Part shown: positions 10,660-23,960 of the stretch, piece after piece
Layout of the letters: every line of letters begins with the position of its first letter
Position numbering within the stretch: the first letter of the stretch is position 1
NCBI GenBank assembly: GCA_963843375.1
Contig: CAWJKT010000018.1
Location: 15,339-79,338, forward strand
Source: an uncultured Pseudomonadota bacterium
GTDB taxonomy: Bacteria; Oederibacteriota; Muellerivitia; Muellerivitales; Muellerivitaceae
Reading direction: 5' to 3'
DNA: 64,000 nt
Notes under the pieces: model-generated
What the model was told of the DNA's origin: nothing
The model's database searches: none
The model's input: only the letters and a program-made list of their open reading frames with translations
Position numbers and translations under genes: made by a program

Positions 10660-12796
10660 CGGCAAACCCTTCTATTCCGACAGGTTCTACAATGTCAAGA
10701 TTATGAGGACCTATGTCGCTTACCTGAAGGAAAAGTGTCTTTGGCCTAATGAGAAGATCGAGCATTTGTTCGATCTCTGCCACTGCGACATCACTTTCCT
10801 GGACTCGGAGGACAATTGGTTCGACCAGGACTTGGCGGATAGCTTTTTCGAGAAGGTTCAGAAGATGACGGGTGATGACCAAATCGCCTATAAGGTCGGC
10901 AGCTACGGCTTTTCCGCCTATGCCCGGGGCATCTCTGGAAGGTTGATTCAGGGTTTCGCCACGCCCCAGGTAATTTTTCAGAATATCGGTAAGAATTCCA
11001 TGGCCTATAGCCGTGGAGCGGTTCTTAGTCCATTGAGTGTTACGTCCAAGTCCGCCGTTTTAAGGTGTACTCCGGTGGAAGGGTGCGATGAAAAACCCTA
11101 TCAGTGTCTGAATCGCAAAGGAATGCTGGAATCAGTGCCGCTTTATTTCGGTTGCAAAGAGTCTCGGATCGTGGAAAGCAAGTGCATCCACTGGGGCGAC
11201 AAATATTGCGAGTACTTAATTGAATGGAAGAACATGACATTTTTCCCCCGGCTCGCGATCACTACCGCGACCGGCGGCGCCATCTTTGTGACGGCCTGTC
11301 TACTTACCCAAAGCCCTCTTTTTTCACTGGCCATAGGGGCTGGAATGGGTCTCTTGGCCGACTTCTGGCTCCTCAGCCGTACTGTGAAAGTTTTGAGGGA
11401 ATTGATCGTGGAAAAAGACAACGCGCTCCAGGAGTCTTTGCGGATCTTCAACAGGCGCTACGAGGAAAGCGCTTTGAAGCAGAACCTCATCTTCAGCGCC
11501 TTCCAGTCCCTCTCAGTGGAAGAACTATGCCTTAAGACGGCGACTACTACCAAGGAAATCATGAAATTTGACCGGGTGTTGATCATGCTCAGCGACAAGG
11601 AACGTAATGTTCTCAAAACCGGAGCTGCGGTTGGTTTCAAGGGGAATCTGAAGGAGATCGTGGAAATGGCTGAATTCAATATCGACCCCAACAATACCAC
11701 GGGCTTTTTTATCAGCGTTTACAACACTCGGAAGCCGCTTTTCCTCCGCGATATCCCTCATAAAATGAGCAAATTAAGTCCCCGAAGCCAGCAGCTTCTG
11801 AAACTGATGGGGACGAAAGCTTTTATCGTTGTCCCGATCGTCACTTCCGACAAAGCGGTCGGCGTGATGGCCGTGGAAAACTTGGATGAATCCAGGCCCC
11901 TAATTAACGACGACATGGATATCCTCATGGAGATATCGAATTTGATGGGGCTCATCATCCCCAACGTCAAGAATTTCATCGCCATCAAAAAATCGGAGAA
12001 ACTTGCCAAGTCCCTTGAGGCGCAGGAACGTCAGCTCCGGCAGATTTTCCAAAAGTTTATACCGGGCGAGGCGGTTTCTCGTCTCCAACACTATGGAAGC
12101 GAGTTCCTCACCGTTCAAAAACGAATGGTCGACGTTATGTTCGTGGATATCGTGGGTTTTACCAGCTTTAGCGAAACGATTCCCCCGGAGGAAGTAGCTG
12201 ATATCCTTAATATTTATATCCATGAGGTCCAGGAAACGGTCGACCTTTATGGGGGTAGGATCAACAAGATTATAGGCGACGGGTTACTCATCTATTTTGA
12301 GGACGTGGGTCCTAATTCGATTTGCGCCGGATACGCCATCCTGCAGGCCTGCAAAACGATTAACGAACGTTTGACTGCGAAGGGTTATCCCCCTGTCTCC
12401 ATTGGAGTTGGAGCGCACCGAGGTATTTGCAGCATTGGCTATATCGGGACGAAAGAACGACTGGATTACACCCTTATTGGCGACACGGTTAACGTAGCTT
12501 CGCGCATCGAGGGCTATACCCGGAAGATCGGCCCGGACACCTTTTGCTTTTCCTCGACTTTAATTGAAGCGGCGAAAGATTTTGAATATGTTTCCAAAGG
12601 GAAAGTTCCATTGAAGGGAAGAGAAGAATCAATCGAGGTACTGCAACTTTTGAAACCCTTGAAGAAAACAAAAAAGGGACTGCTCAAGCCTGTTATTAAA
12701 CACTTATCTAAGGAAGAGTCCAAACCGGAGTTCACAGGAAAGATCGGCCAGGAATTTCGGGAGATTGAGAAGCCTGCCATAGGTCGGTTCAACTAA
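10646..12796 (+). CDS. Membrane class III adenylate cyclase with V4R-like N-terminal sensor, 2 TM, GAF
   Basis: CIHWGDKYCEY V4R-like motif; GAF (FIVVPI..VGVMAVEN); cyclase FVDIVGFT, NKIIGDG, DYTLIGDTVNVASR. Confidence 0.9.
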   Translation: MSLSSGKPFYSDRFYNVKIMRTYVAYLKEKCLWPNEKIEHLFDLCHCDITFLDSEDNWFDQDLADSFFEKVQKMTGDDQIAYKVGSYGFSAYARGISGRLIQGFATPQVIFQNIGKNSMAYSRGAVLSPLSVTSKSAVLRCTPVEGCDEKPYQCLNRKGMLESVPLYFGCKESRIVESKCIHWGDKYCEYLIEWKNMTFFPRLAITTATGGAIFVTACLLTQSPLFSLAIGAGMGLLADFWLLSRTVKVLRELIVEKDNALQESLRIFNRRYEESALKQNLIFSAFQSLSVEELCLKTATTTKEIMKFDRVLIMLSDKERNVLKTGAAVGFKGNLKEIVEMAEFNIDPNNTTGFFISVYNTRKPLFLRDIPHKMSKLSPRSQQLLKLMGTKAFIVVPIVTSDKAVGVMAVENLDESRPLINDDMDILMEISNLMGLIIPNVKNFIAIKKSEKLAKSLEAQERQLRQIFQKFIPGEAVSRLQHYGSEFLTVQKRMVDVMFVDIVGFTSFSETIPPEEVADILNIYIHEVQETVDLYGGRINKIIGDGLLIYFEDVGPNSICAGYAILQACKTINERLTAKGYPPVSIGVGAHRGICSIGYIGTKERLDYTLIGDTVNVASRIEGYTRKIGPDTFCFSSTLIEAAKDFEYVSKGKVPLKGREESIEVLQLLKPLKKTKKGLLKPVIKHLSKEESKPEFTGKIGQEFREIEKPAIGRFN

Positions 12797-13116
12797 AAAC
12801 CGCTTTTTCTCGGTTGATAAATTGTCTTTTTGTGATCCTTTGGCCGAAAAAAGAATATCCTGTTCCGAAAACGATATTTGGTTGCAACACTTTCCCGGAA
12901 GGTCGTTAAAATTCCAGTGTTAATGCAAAACCCAAATAATTATCGTTAAACCCTGTTCGAATTTCCTGCCCAGTCCTATTCTAGAAACAGATCAAGTTTG
13001 TGTGACCGGCTTCCCTTTTTAACCGTTTTAAAAAGGGGGCCATCTCGTTTTCTTTGTTGGCTGATCAAAGTAAGCGGGACCGCAATCCCCCTCAGCCGTC
13101 CATAAGGAGGTACTTC

Positions 13117-14376
13117 ATGACCGATCCAGCGGGTGGTTTCTCGCAGGTCGTTCTTTCGGTCCTTTTCTTTCCAACCTTTTTTGAAAATAACATGATTATT
13201 TTTGCTTGGGGAGCTGCGGATCCCGGCTGGCTGATGGCGGCCAAGCGGGTCTTGCTGCTTTTGCCCGTGGGCGCGGTGATCACCAGCCTCTGGGTCAGTG
13301 TCCTTTGCATTCTCTCGGTGGTGGTCCGCCAGAAACGTAAGGACTTCTTCCAGGCGTTTCTTCTGACTTGGTGGGACTTGGGCAAATCGATTTTCGCCTT
13401 TTGGGGCGGTTTTTTGAAATTTTTCCTTGTTCTTGCCAATTCGCTTTTCGCTTTTCTGCGGGTCCTTGTGACGGGGCTTTGGCTTTTGATACAGGATATT
13501 CTGTTGGCGCCGTTTCGTCTCATCAAGACCGTGGCGTCAAACATTTCAGCACCTGGTATTCCATGGATCGCGGTGACCTTGACGCTGGTCTGGTGCTTGG
13601 TGGAAGCGGTCATTTTCACTTACGTCATGACGCCTCTTGTTATGGACACTTTGTCCAATATGACGGGCGGAGACTTGACCGAAGCCGTTATCCGCATACC
13701 GCTTTTTCTCTTCCTGCTATTCCTGGTTTTGGGAAGCTATGCGGTACTTTCCAACTGGACGGAGGTCGTTAAAAGCCGCAACGTCGGAGCCATCGTTAAG
13801 ATTACGGTGGTGGAATTGGTAGCGGTTATGGTGGAAGTACTGTTCCTTTACCGGGAACTGGTGGATTCGCTGGTGCCCTGGTTCGCCCAACACGCTTCCA
13901 AGGATTTCGACCTGGGGATCGGCGGTACCCTGGGCATCGCCGTTTTGGCATGGTTGGGAGTGAGGGGCTTGACTTGGTTCCTTTTCGCGTCCCACGGTGT
14001 GCCCATCATTACGGCTGTTATACAAGGTAGGGGATTGAAGCCCACCGAGGCTGGAGAAAAGGCGCAAATCAAAGATACCTTCGCCTATACGGGGGGGTTT
14101 TATTACCACCTCAAAACAGACATAAAGTTCATCCAGGAAAAGGGAGACGAGCTTTTGGGTGCTTTTGTCCTGCCTCCGCTGCAAGTGCTCTCGGCGGTTC
14201 TCAATTTTTTTACCCTGCTGGTGGCGGGGCATCATCTTTTTTCCATCCCATTTAAGAGTTTCCGGGACGTGATGCATTCGAAGGAACTGCTCCAACCTTC
14301 TCCCGCACACAAAGAGCGGCGGGAGACAAAACGGCCAAAACCAGAATCCTCCGCAACCTTGGAGGTGAAGCCATGA
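13117..14376 (+). CDS. Polytopic membrane protein of unknown function
   Basis: Many TM segments; AGGAGG before ATG 13117. Confidence 0.75.
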   Translation: MTDPAGGFSQVVLSVLFFPTFFENNMIIFAWGAADPGWLMAAKRVLLLLPVGAVITSLWVSVLCILSVVVRQKRKDFFQAFLLTWWDLGKSIFAFWGGFLKFFLVLANSLFAFLRVLVTGLWLLIQDILLAPFRLIKTVASNISAPGIPWIAVTLTLVWCLVEAVIFTYVMTPLVMDTLSNMTGGDLTEAVIRIPLFLFLLFLVLGSYAVLSNWTEVVKSRNVGAIVKITVVELVAVMVEVLFLYRELVDSLVPWFAQHASKDFDLGIGGTLGIAVLAWLGVRGLTWFLFASHGVPIITAVIQGRGLKPTEAGEKAQIKDTFAYTGGFYYHLKTDIKFIQEKGDELLGAFVLPPLQVLSAVLNFFTLLVAGHHLFSIPFKSFRDVMHSKELLQPSPAHKERRETKRPKPESSATLEVKP

Positions 14377-15152
14377 ACCGGCCTCTCTTTTTTCGATCGG
14401 CCTTGGTCGGTGCCGGACTCCTCTTCCTGTCGGGGTGCTCCTTCTTTAATTTCAATGAGGCACCCCAGCCCCGCATGGTGATGTTCGTGGGTGTGGACAT
14501 CAGCGGGTCTTTCTTAAAAGGGAAATATTTCGACGATTCGATGGATTTCCTGGCCCATTACCTATACGCCCATTTGAACGGTCTAGGGGGTTTAGAGGTT
14601 CCCAAGGCCCTTTTTGTGGGCTCTTTGGGGGGAAAACGGCCGGGGGAACCTAAGGTCTTTTATCCGATCGAAACCTTCCAAGGCAAATCGGTCTCGGAAA
14701 TCGACGACAAGTTGAAGGAGATTTTCCCCAAAAACAAGTTGGATCCCTATACGGATTACAACGCCTTCCTTGAACAGGTATCCGACATGGTTAAGGACCG
14801 GAAAATGGTCTTGAAACCCATTTCAGTGGTCATGGTGAGCGACGGCGAACTGGATGTGCCGAGTAAAAATGGACGCCATGACTACCGCAGCATCGATTTT
14901 TACCCTATGGAAAAGCTTTCCCGTAATATCACCGTGAGGCTGCTTTACACAAACCCTACGGTGGGGAAGAAATGGGAAGACGAGATTCCACGGCAGCGGG
15001 TAAAAGTTTGGACCCAGGACGCAGAAGTTTTAACGACCTGGAAGGACCCCAAGATCTTCCAGCCGGATCAGCCAATCGACAAACAGGACAAGTTCTTCGC
15101 CTGGTTGAAGGACAATGTGGATTTTAGCGTGAGAATGAAAAGGGTGGATTGA
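14373..15152 (+). CDS. Lipoprotein with vWA-like MIDAS motif
   Basis: Lipobox LSGC; VGVDISGS (DxSxS), TD, VMVSDG; start overlaps the upstream stop. Confidence 0.7.
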   Translation: MNRPLFFRSALVGAGLLFLSGCSFFNFNEAPQPRMVMFVGVDISGSFLKGKYFDDSMDFLAHYLYAHLNGLGGLEVPKALFVGSLGGKRPGEPKVFYPIETFQGKSVSEIDDKLKEIFPKNKLDPYTDYNAFLEQVSDMVKDRKMVLKPISVVMVSDGELDVPSKNGRHDYRSIDFYPMEKLSRNITVRLLYTNPTVGKKWEDEIPRQRVKVWTQDAEVLTTWKDPKIFQPDQPIDKQDKFFAWLKDNVDFSVRMKRVD

Positions 15153-15183
15153 AGTTTTCGTAGGGTCGGAATCTAAAGACTTA

Positions 15184-15217
15184 CCCCGGCGTCTTTCGAG
15201 ATGCCCGGGGTTTTTTA
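15184..15217. terminator. Intrinsic terminator between convergent genes
   Basis: CCCCGGCGTCT...AGATGCCCGGGG followed by T run. Confidence 0.65.
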
Positions 15218-15279
15218 TTTTAAAAACAGACGGCCAGAGCGTTAAGGTGGAGAAACGACTGATGGCTACAAATAGGGTT

Positions 15280-16425
15280 CTAAGGGATTTGTTGTTTTTT
15301 GGAAAAGATGGAGGCGACGATTTCGGCGAAGCGGCTGGGGACTTCCAGCTTGCGGGGCTCATCGCCGATAATTGGCTTATCGAACAAAGCGTAAACCTGA
15401 TTGATTCCCACGTCCTTATACCAAGCAAGGCCCGATTCCATGGCGCCAACGATGGCAATGCAGGGAATTCCCATTTTTTTTGCCATCTGAGCGACCGCCA
15501 CGGGAGCTTTTCCTTCTCGGCTGGATTTGTCCAAAAGGCCCTCACCCGTAATCACTAAGTCACAGCCCTTCATTTGGTCTTCTAATTTGAGGGTTTGGGC
15601 CACAAAGTCAAAACCGCTTTCCAGGTTTGCTCCTAATGCCAGGAGGGCCATTCCCATTCCCCCGGCGGCGCCCGACCCTTTTTCGTTTTTCAAAAGCATT
15701 CCGCAGGCTTTCGATAGGACCCCTTCAAATTGGTAAAGACCCTTTTCCAACTCTTCGATGGCGTCGGGTGTGGCACCTTTTTGGGGACCGAAGAACCGAG
15801 CTGCTCCACTATCCCCCAAGATAGGGACATTGACATCGACTAAACCTATTACATCGATCCCTTTGAGGAGGAGTTGGATGGGTTCCAAATCAATGGATTG
15901 GATCAGTGGAAGATGCTTTCCGGAAAGCCCCTTGGGAGGCAAAGTGCCTTTAGCCTTGAAGGTCGCCCCTAAAGCCTGAAGGAAACCAAGACCTCCGTCG
16001 ATCGTGGCGCTTCCTCCTAAAGAGATCTTCAAATGGCGGACTCCATGTTTTTTGACTGCTTCGGAAACCAGTTCGCCCGCTCCATAGGTCGTAGTTTCCA
16101 TAGGGTTTCGTTCTTCGGGTGTAAGGCGGAAAAGGCCAGAAGCTTGGGCCATTTCGATAATGCCGGTATCTTTTTGGGGCAATTGGGCGATGCCGTATTG
16201 GGCTTGTTTGGGCCGCATGAGAGGGTCGTTGACTGTGGTGGTAAGGGTCTTCCCTTTCAGAAGATATATGATGGAAGTCAAGGTGCCTTCGCCGCCATCG
16301 GCCACTGGGCAGAGACGAATTTGGGCATCGGGAAGGTTTTTTTGGATTTGGTTTCTGAGAATGACCGCGACTTCTTGGGCTGTCGAGACTCCCTTGAACT
16401 TATCGGGGGCAATAAGGATTTTCAT
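15280..16425 (-). CDS. glxK: Glycerate kinase (GlxK/GarK family)
   Basis: MKILIAPDKFKG, PVADGGEGT, GGSAT.DGG.G, GAAGG, ITGEG. Confidence 0.92.
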   Translation of the reverse strand: MKILIAPDKFKGVSTAQEVAVILRNQIQKNLPDAQIRLCPVADGGEGTLTSIIYLLKGKTLTTTVNDPLMRPKQAQYGIAQLPQKDTGIIEMAQASGLFRLTPEERNPMETTTYGAGELVSEAVKKHGVRHLKISLGGSATIDGGLGFLQALGATFKAKGTLPPKGLSGKHLPLIQSIDLEPIQLLLKGIDVIGLVDVNVPILGDSGAARFFGPQKGATPDAIEELEKGLYQFEGVLSKACGMLLKNEKGSGAAGGMGMALLALGANLESGFDFVAQTLKLEDQMKGCDLVITGEGLLDKSSREGKAPVAVAQMAKKMGIPCIAIVGAMESGLAWYKDVGINQVYALFDKPIIGDEPRKLEVPSRFAEIVASIFSKKQQIP

Positions 16426-16562
16426 AAGCTCCTATCACGGTTAGTCTTGATTCGCTTTCCTCTTTGGCTTTGAGGGGTATAAAATCCTTTTAAGCCAACC
16501 GGCACGGCTTTGCTCATTCTTGCCGAACTACCTGTTTACCGGGACTATTTTAGGGGGGAAAA

Positions 16563-18546
16563 ATGACTCCGCAAGATCAATCCATTACTTCTTTACAAAA
16601 AGATTCCCTAGCTTTTCCACCTCCCCAGGCTTTGGCGGCCAAGGCCTATATCGGGACTTTCGAGAAATACAAGGCAATGTATGAGCGTTCGCTGAAAGAC
16701 TCCCACGGTTTTTGGCTTGAACAAGCCCTTCAGGAACTGCAATGGTTTAAAAAACCGACTCAAACCCTGGAATACACTTGGGATACCCCCAAACGCATGG
16801 TTCAACATACCTGGTTCGCGGACGGTGAGTTGAATGTTTCGGTAAATTGTCTCGACCGGCATTTAACAGGCCCGACAAAGGATAAGGTCGCAATCCTGTG
16901 GCAGGGTGAAAAAGACGAAGAGGTCCGAAGCCTTACCTATGCCGAACTTCACAAATTAGTCTGCCAGTTCTCCAATGTCCTGCTTTCAAAGGGGATCAAA
17001 AAAGGTGACCGGGTTTGCGTCTATATGCCCATGGTGCCCGAGGCGGCGGTGGCCCTGCTGGCTTGTGCCCGCATCGGAGCCATCCATTCCGTCGTGTTCG
17101 CTGGTTTTTCGGCTGAGTCTCTCAAGAGCCGCATCCAGGATTCCGACAACGTTGCGATTGTAACCGCCGATGTGGGGTTTAGGGCGGGAAGAACCATCGC
17201 CCTTAAAAATATCGTGGATGAATCACTGAAAGAGTGCCCGATGATCAAGAACGTTATTGTCTTCCAGAGGGGGGACGGAAAAGTCGAAATGAGAGCGGGG
17301 CGAGACCACTGGTGGCACGAAGAGATGAAGAACGCCAGTCCTGAACACCGGGCTGAACCTATGAAAGCGGAAGACCCTCTTTTTATCCTTTATACGTCCG
17401 GATCCACCGGCAAACCCAAGGGGGTATTGCATACCACGGCGGGTTACCTGTTGTGGGTGGCCATGACCCACCGTTATATTTTTGACTACCACCCCCAAGA
17501 CCTCTATTGGTGTACAGCGGATATCGGATGGGTCACAGGCCATAGCTATATCGTATATGGACCACTGGCTAACGGGGCCACCTCGATGATGTTCGAAGGG
17601 GTTCCCAATTATCCCGACCCGGGGCGTTTTTGGCAGGTTGTCTCCAAACATAAAGTTAACATCTTTTATACGGCTCCCACGGCCATCCGGGCCCTGATGC
17701 GGGAGGGAGAAGATTGGCCAAGGAAGTATGATTTGAGTTCCTTGAAAATTCTGGGTTCGGTCGGTGAGCCCATTAACCCAGAAGCATGGCTTTGGTATCA
17801 CCGAAATGTGGGACGGGGGAATTGTCCCATAGTGGATACCTGGTGGCAGACCGAAACCGGGGGATTTATGATTACCCCTTTGCCGGGAAGCTCATACGCT
17901 CAAACCCGGCAGCGCCTCCAGGCCTTTTTTTGGGGTTGAACCAGTAGTTCTTCGGGACGATGGCACGGAATGCAAATCCAATGAAGGGGGAAAACTTTGC
18001 ATCAAGAAACCCTGGCCCGGCATGATGCGCACAACTTGGGGTGACCACGAGAGGTTTATCAATACCTATTTTTCAACATTCAATAATGTTTATTTCACCG
18101 GGGATGGATGCCGTATCGACCAAGACGGCGACTACTGGCTTTTGGGACGAGTAGACGATGTGGTCAATATCTCGGGACATCGGATTGGGACTGCCGAGGT
18201 GGAAAGCGCCCTGGTTTCATTTTCGAAAGTTTCGGAGGCCGCGGTGGTGGGTTATCCTCATGACATTAAAGGTCAGGCCCTTTACGCGTATGTCACCTTA
18301 AAGGAAGGTGTGAGGCGGGACGAGGAGATCAAGAAAGAACTGATCCAACATGTGCGAAAGGAAATTGGACCCATAGCCCAGCCAGATAAAATCCAATTCG
18401 CAGACGGGCTGCCAAAAACCCGGAGTGGAAAAATCATGCGCCGGATATTGAGGAAGATTGCTGAAAACGACACTGGCAACTTAGGGGATACGAGTACCTT
18501 GGCTGATCCATCGGTGGTGGACAAACTCGTGGAAGGGAAGCAATGA
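16563..18546 (+). CDS. acs: Acetyl-CoA synthetase, one frameshift near 17887
   Basis: [38 protein letters not shown]; removing one A restores [11 protein letters not shown]. Confidence 0.95.
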
Positions 18547-18731
18547 AGATTTGTCGGCCTTCGGCGGCCAGTCGAACCCCTGACCCGAAATAAACTGGAA
18601 TTTTGGCCTGGTCGATGGGATGGGAGTCTATCGAAACAAATATCTCTTTGAATACGTCATAATATTAAGTATTAGGGAAGGGAAGCTAACCTTCGTGCAA
18701 TAATAGCCCATGCAATCCATGAGAGGGTATT

Positions 18732-19910
18732 ATGAAAAAAATATTGGTTATCTTGTTTGCTTTATCTTTAATGCCGGGCGCTTTGGTTTTGGCCCAGGAT
18801 GGTGGAGGCCGGAGGAGCGATGAGGGCAACGGGGGTAAATCCGGCTCTGGTAGCGGAGTTCCATCTAGGAAGCACTCCAGGGGTCCTAAAAACCATAAAA
18901 ATCCGGGTGGTCGGAATAATGGAGGAAGTGGCTCCAATTCTTCCTCGGGGGGCTCTTGGAATGGGAACGCAAGTGACACCATGCCGCATCATTTCAGCTC
19001 AAACCAGCCTGAAAATCATGCTGGAAACGGATTTTCCAGCCCCCAAAACAACTCTAACCATGCGGGTGGAAGTTTCAACCATTCGGGACGGGTTCCGTCC
19101 AACTTAAGGCAAATGGGGATCAGGCATATGCCTGCGCCCCTTAGCAAAAGTAGGATGCTGACCGCCGATCCCCAACACTCTTCCATTGTTCGGCCGCAAG
19201 TGGGTCCCAGGGGACAGGTTTTGAACGCCTCGGTGATTGCGCCCACGAGCACAAACGCGGTTTTGATTCGAAACAATTTAACATCAATCAATCACAGTCC
19301 CGCCGTCATGGCCCAAATCAACATTTACAACAACCATGAAACGGTCGCCGGCCGGTATTACTGGCATAACTGGAATGGAACCAATTACTGTCATTATTAT
19401 GACTCGTGGGGATACCATTGGTATGGTTGGTATTGGGGCAATACCTGTTTTTGGTCCAGGTGGTATGGAAACAATTGGTGGTGGTATGACCCGGGTTATG
19501 CCCGTTGGTGCTATTGGTATGACGGTTACTGGTGGTGGCAAGATCCTTACCAAAACGTGGTTTATGTTTATAACAATGGCGAATACGATTCCACGGCCGC
19601 AAATGGAGCGCCGGTAGCCGCTAACGGGGCATCGGCACCCGCGGGTCCATCCGCCGAAGTCGACTATAAGAGCACCGATGGCAGCCGCATGGTCAAGGTC
19701 CTCGGCGACGACGCCTTTCTTTACGATACGGTCGATACCGTCAATAACAAACCGTTCTATTTGGCTTCGGGTGTAAATAATGTCAAATTCTCCGATACAA
19801 ATAATGGCCAGCCACTGCAAATCATGCTGACCTTTAATAATGGCACGACTGAAACGTTTGATTCCGATGGTAATCCTATTAACAACGGTTCAAGCGCGCC
19901 CAGCCATTAA
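18732..19910 (+). CDS. Secreted hypothetical protein with G/N/S-rich region and W/Y-rich segment
   Basis: Signal peptide; composition. Confidence 0.75.
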   Translation: MKKILVILFALSLMPGALVLAQDGGGRRSDEGNGGKSGSGSGVPSRKHSRGPKNHKNPGGRNNGGSGSNSSSGGSWNGNASDTMPHHFSSNQPENHAGNGFSSPQNNSNHAGGSFNHSGRVPSNLRQMGIRHMPAPLSKSRMLTADPQHSSIVRPQVGPRGQVLNASVIAPTSTNAVLIRNNLTSINHSPAVMAQINIYNNHETVAGRYYWHNWNGTNYCHYYDSWGYHWYGWYWGNTCFWSRWYGNNWWWYDPGYARWCYWYDGYWWWQDPYQNVVYVYNNGEYDSTAANGAPVAANGASAPAGPSAEVDYKSTDGSRMVKVLGDDAFLYDTVDTVNNKPFYLASGVNNVKFSDTNNGQPLQIMLTFNNGTTETFDSDGNPINNGSSAPSH

Positions 19911-19961
19911 ACGGTTCAAAAGCTTCTTGGGTTTACGGATTAACTTGCCCGGAGTTTAAAA

Positions 19962-20144
19962 ATGAATTTTCAAGCCTTTGAAAAGTGGTTGAAGAATTTA
20001 AGCGAGGCCGATCGGTCTTATCTTCATCATCATCCGGAATGGAAAAGGGAATATCAAAAAATCCAGGAAGCGGGGGTTCTTTCCAAGGGTTTTATTGAAA
20101 AAACCATGGAAGTTCTGGAAGGTGGTTCTGAAAGTGAAACCTAA
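19962..20144 (+). CDS. Small hypothetical protein
   Basis: GGAG Shine-Dalgarno; 60-aa ORF. Confidence 0.5.
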   Translation: MNFQAFEKWLKNLSEADRSYLHHHPEWKREYQKIQEAGVLSKGFIEKTMEVLEGGSESET

Positions 20145-20256
20145 ACTCCTTGAAGACATGAATTGGATTTAATGACAACCTGCCCGCCTTTTTTTGTGAA
20201 TAATGGAATCTTAAGTTCGTAAATTCTCGACCGATGCATCGGTTTATTTAATATGA

Positions 20257-20997
20257 TTGTGGTGGCTCGCGTTGATCGATCCCGACCATAGAAAGGTTGA
20301 TCGTATGGATGATCCTTGGGATGGTTTCAATTCGCGGAAGAAAGGGTCCGGCCTTTTTGCCCTTTCATTGCTTTTAATCCTTATCCCATCCATGTTTTGG
20401 GGAAAAGGTGTTTATCAGGTGATGGCGGCGGCCGATCGTTCCTGCAGGTCGATTGATACTTTGGTGAAATCCAACGCCGTATCAATCCTTTACGTCGCGG
20501 ACAACGCTTCCGATGGGAAATCCAACTGGGAAAAGTTCGATACCCTCGAAGAAGCTAAAAAAGCTGGTTCCGGCGGTTACTCCAGAAGCGCGAAAGTATA
20601 TTTTAATAATTCTTTGGTAGTTCGAGTTGATTTGGAATTGAAAAGCCCGTCCAAAGAATGGGTCCATTATATCCGTTATTATTTTCGTGATGATGGAACC
20701 CTGGAAAAATCAAGTTCTGATTTCCGAAGATTCGGCGCCTATGATCAAGAGCGGGGCATGGAGCAGGAATTTTTGGTTAAGGTCCTTAGGGACAAATATT
20801 TCGATTTGATGGGGAAGATGGTTAAAAAAGGGAGCCCCCGTTTTTTTAACATGAGCACCATGAGAGAAATGAAGAATGTCGTTTACACAGACGGACCTTG
20901 GCCCATTTATGCCAAAACCTTACAACTTCCTTTTGCTGGGATTTTAAAACCGGTCGAAACCCCCGCTCTTTCGAACCATGGGGAAACCATTCGATAA
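20257..20997 (+). CDS. Hypothetical exported protein (start uncertain)
   Basis: Hydrophobic segment near the N-terminus; long ORF. Confidence 0.6.
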   Translation: MWWLALIDPDHRKVDRMDDPWDGFNSRKKGSGLFALSLLLILIPSMFWGKGVYQVMAAADRSCRSIDTLVKSNAVSILYVADNASDGKSNWEKFDTLEEAKKAGSGGYSRSAKVYFNNSLVVRVDLELKSPSKEWVHYIRYYFRDDGTLEKSSSDFRRFGAYDQERGMEQEFLVKVLRDKYFDLMGKMVKKGSPRFFNMSTMREMKNVVYTDGPWPIYAKTLQLPFAGILKPVETPALSNHGETIR

Positions 20998-21340
20998 TTT
21001 AACCCCTGGTTTTCCCTCCTGTTGTGGTCCAATCGGCCTTCCTGGCCGTAGCCTATTGAGCTAAGTGAAACCGATCGCCGTTAACAATTAGGCTAAAAGT
21101 AAACCCTTTTGTTCAACGGGATTGTCCATTTCTACAAACCTGTTTTGTTTTCCAGGTGACAATCAAAATTTAAGTCCTAAAGCCTTTAAAAACCCTTGAA
21201 CTAACATTCCACTTGGCGCTACTCTTGCATCTCTTCTTAGCTGTTCTATGCCTATCAACGCTTCGCCTTTTTCACTTTTGTCAAAGTAGGGCTGTTTAAA
21301 GCTGGTAAGCCGCTTATCAATCTGACAAGGAGCCAAACGC

Positions 21341-23510
<2,170 letters not shown>

Positions 23511-23527
23511 GTCACTTGTCGTAACTC

Positions 23528-23562
23528 AAAAGGGCTGTTCCTGTAAGGGGACGGCCCTTTTT
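23528..23562. terminator. Bidirectional intrinsic terminator
   Basis: AAAAGGGCTGTTCC...GGGACGGCCCTTTT. Confidence 0.75.
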
Positions 23563-23565
23563 ATT

Positions 23566-23820
23566 TTAATTTCGTGAAATGCCCAGGACTTCCTGTATTT
23601 GTTGGAACCTGGGGTTGATGAGAATTTTCCCGCCTATTTCCACGGTCGGAATCACCCTTTTTCCATTGGTATAACTCAGCATAGTTTGATGGGCCGATTT
23701 ATCCTTCTCAATATCCTTTTCTTCATAAGGGATGTTGTTTTCCTTTAGCTGGGTTTTAAGCCTGCGACAATCCCCGCACCAGGAAGTGGTATAAACAATC
23801 ATTTTTTCGGCCATGACCAT
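23566..23820 (-). CDS. Glutaredoxin/mycoredoxin-like protein
   Basis: YTTSWCGDC, IPTV, NP. Confidence 0.85.
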   Translation of the reverse strand: MVMAEKMIVYTTSWCGDCRRLKTQLKENNIPYEEKDIEKDKSAHQTMLSYTNGKRVIPTVEIGGKILINPRFQQIQEVLGISRN

Positions 23821-23960
23821 CCTTAGGAAAAAGATTTACACCGTCATGGTCGGTCGGGGACTCAAAAGTTTCAAGTGGCTTAGAGGTAGATCGGTGCTTG
23901 TTTTTTACATTCGGCTTTGGTTATAAAAGGCCCGGTATTAAAACTGGGGAAGGAAATGAA

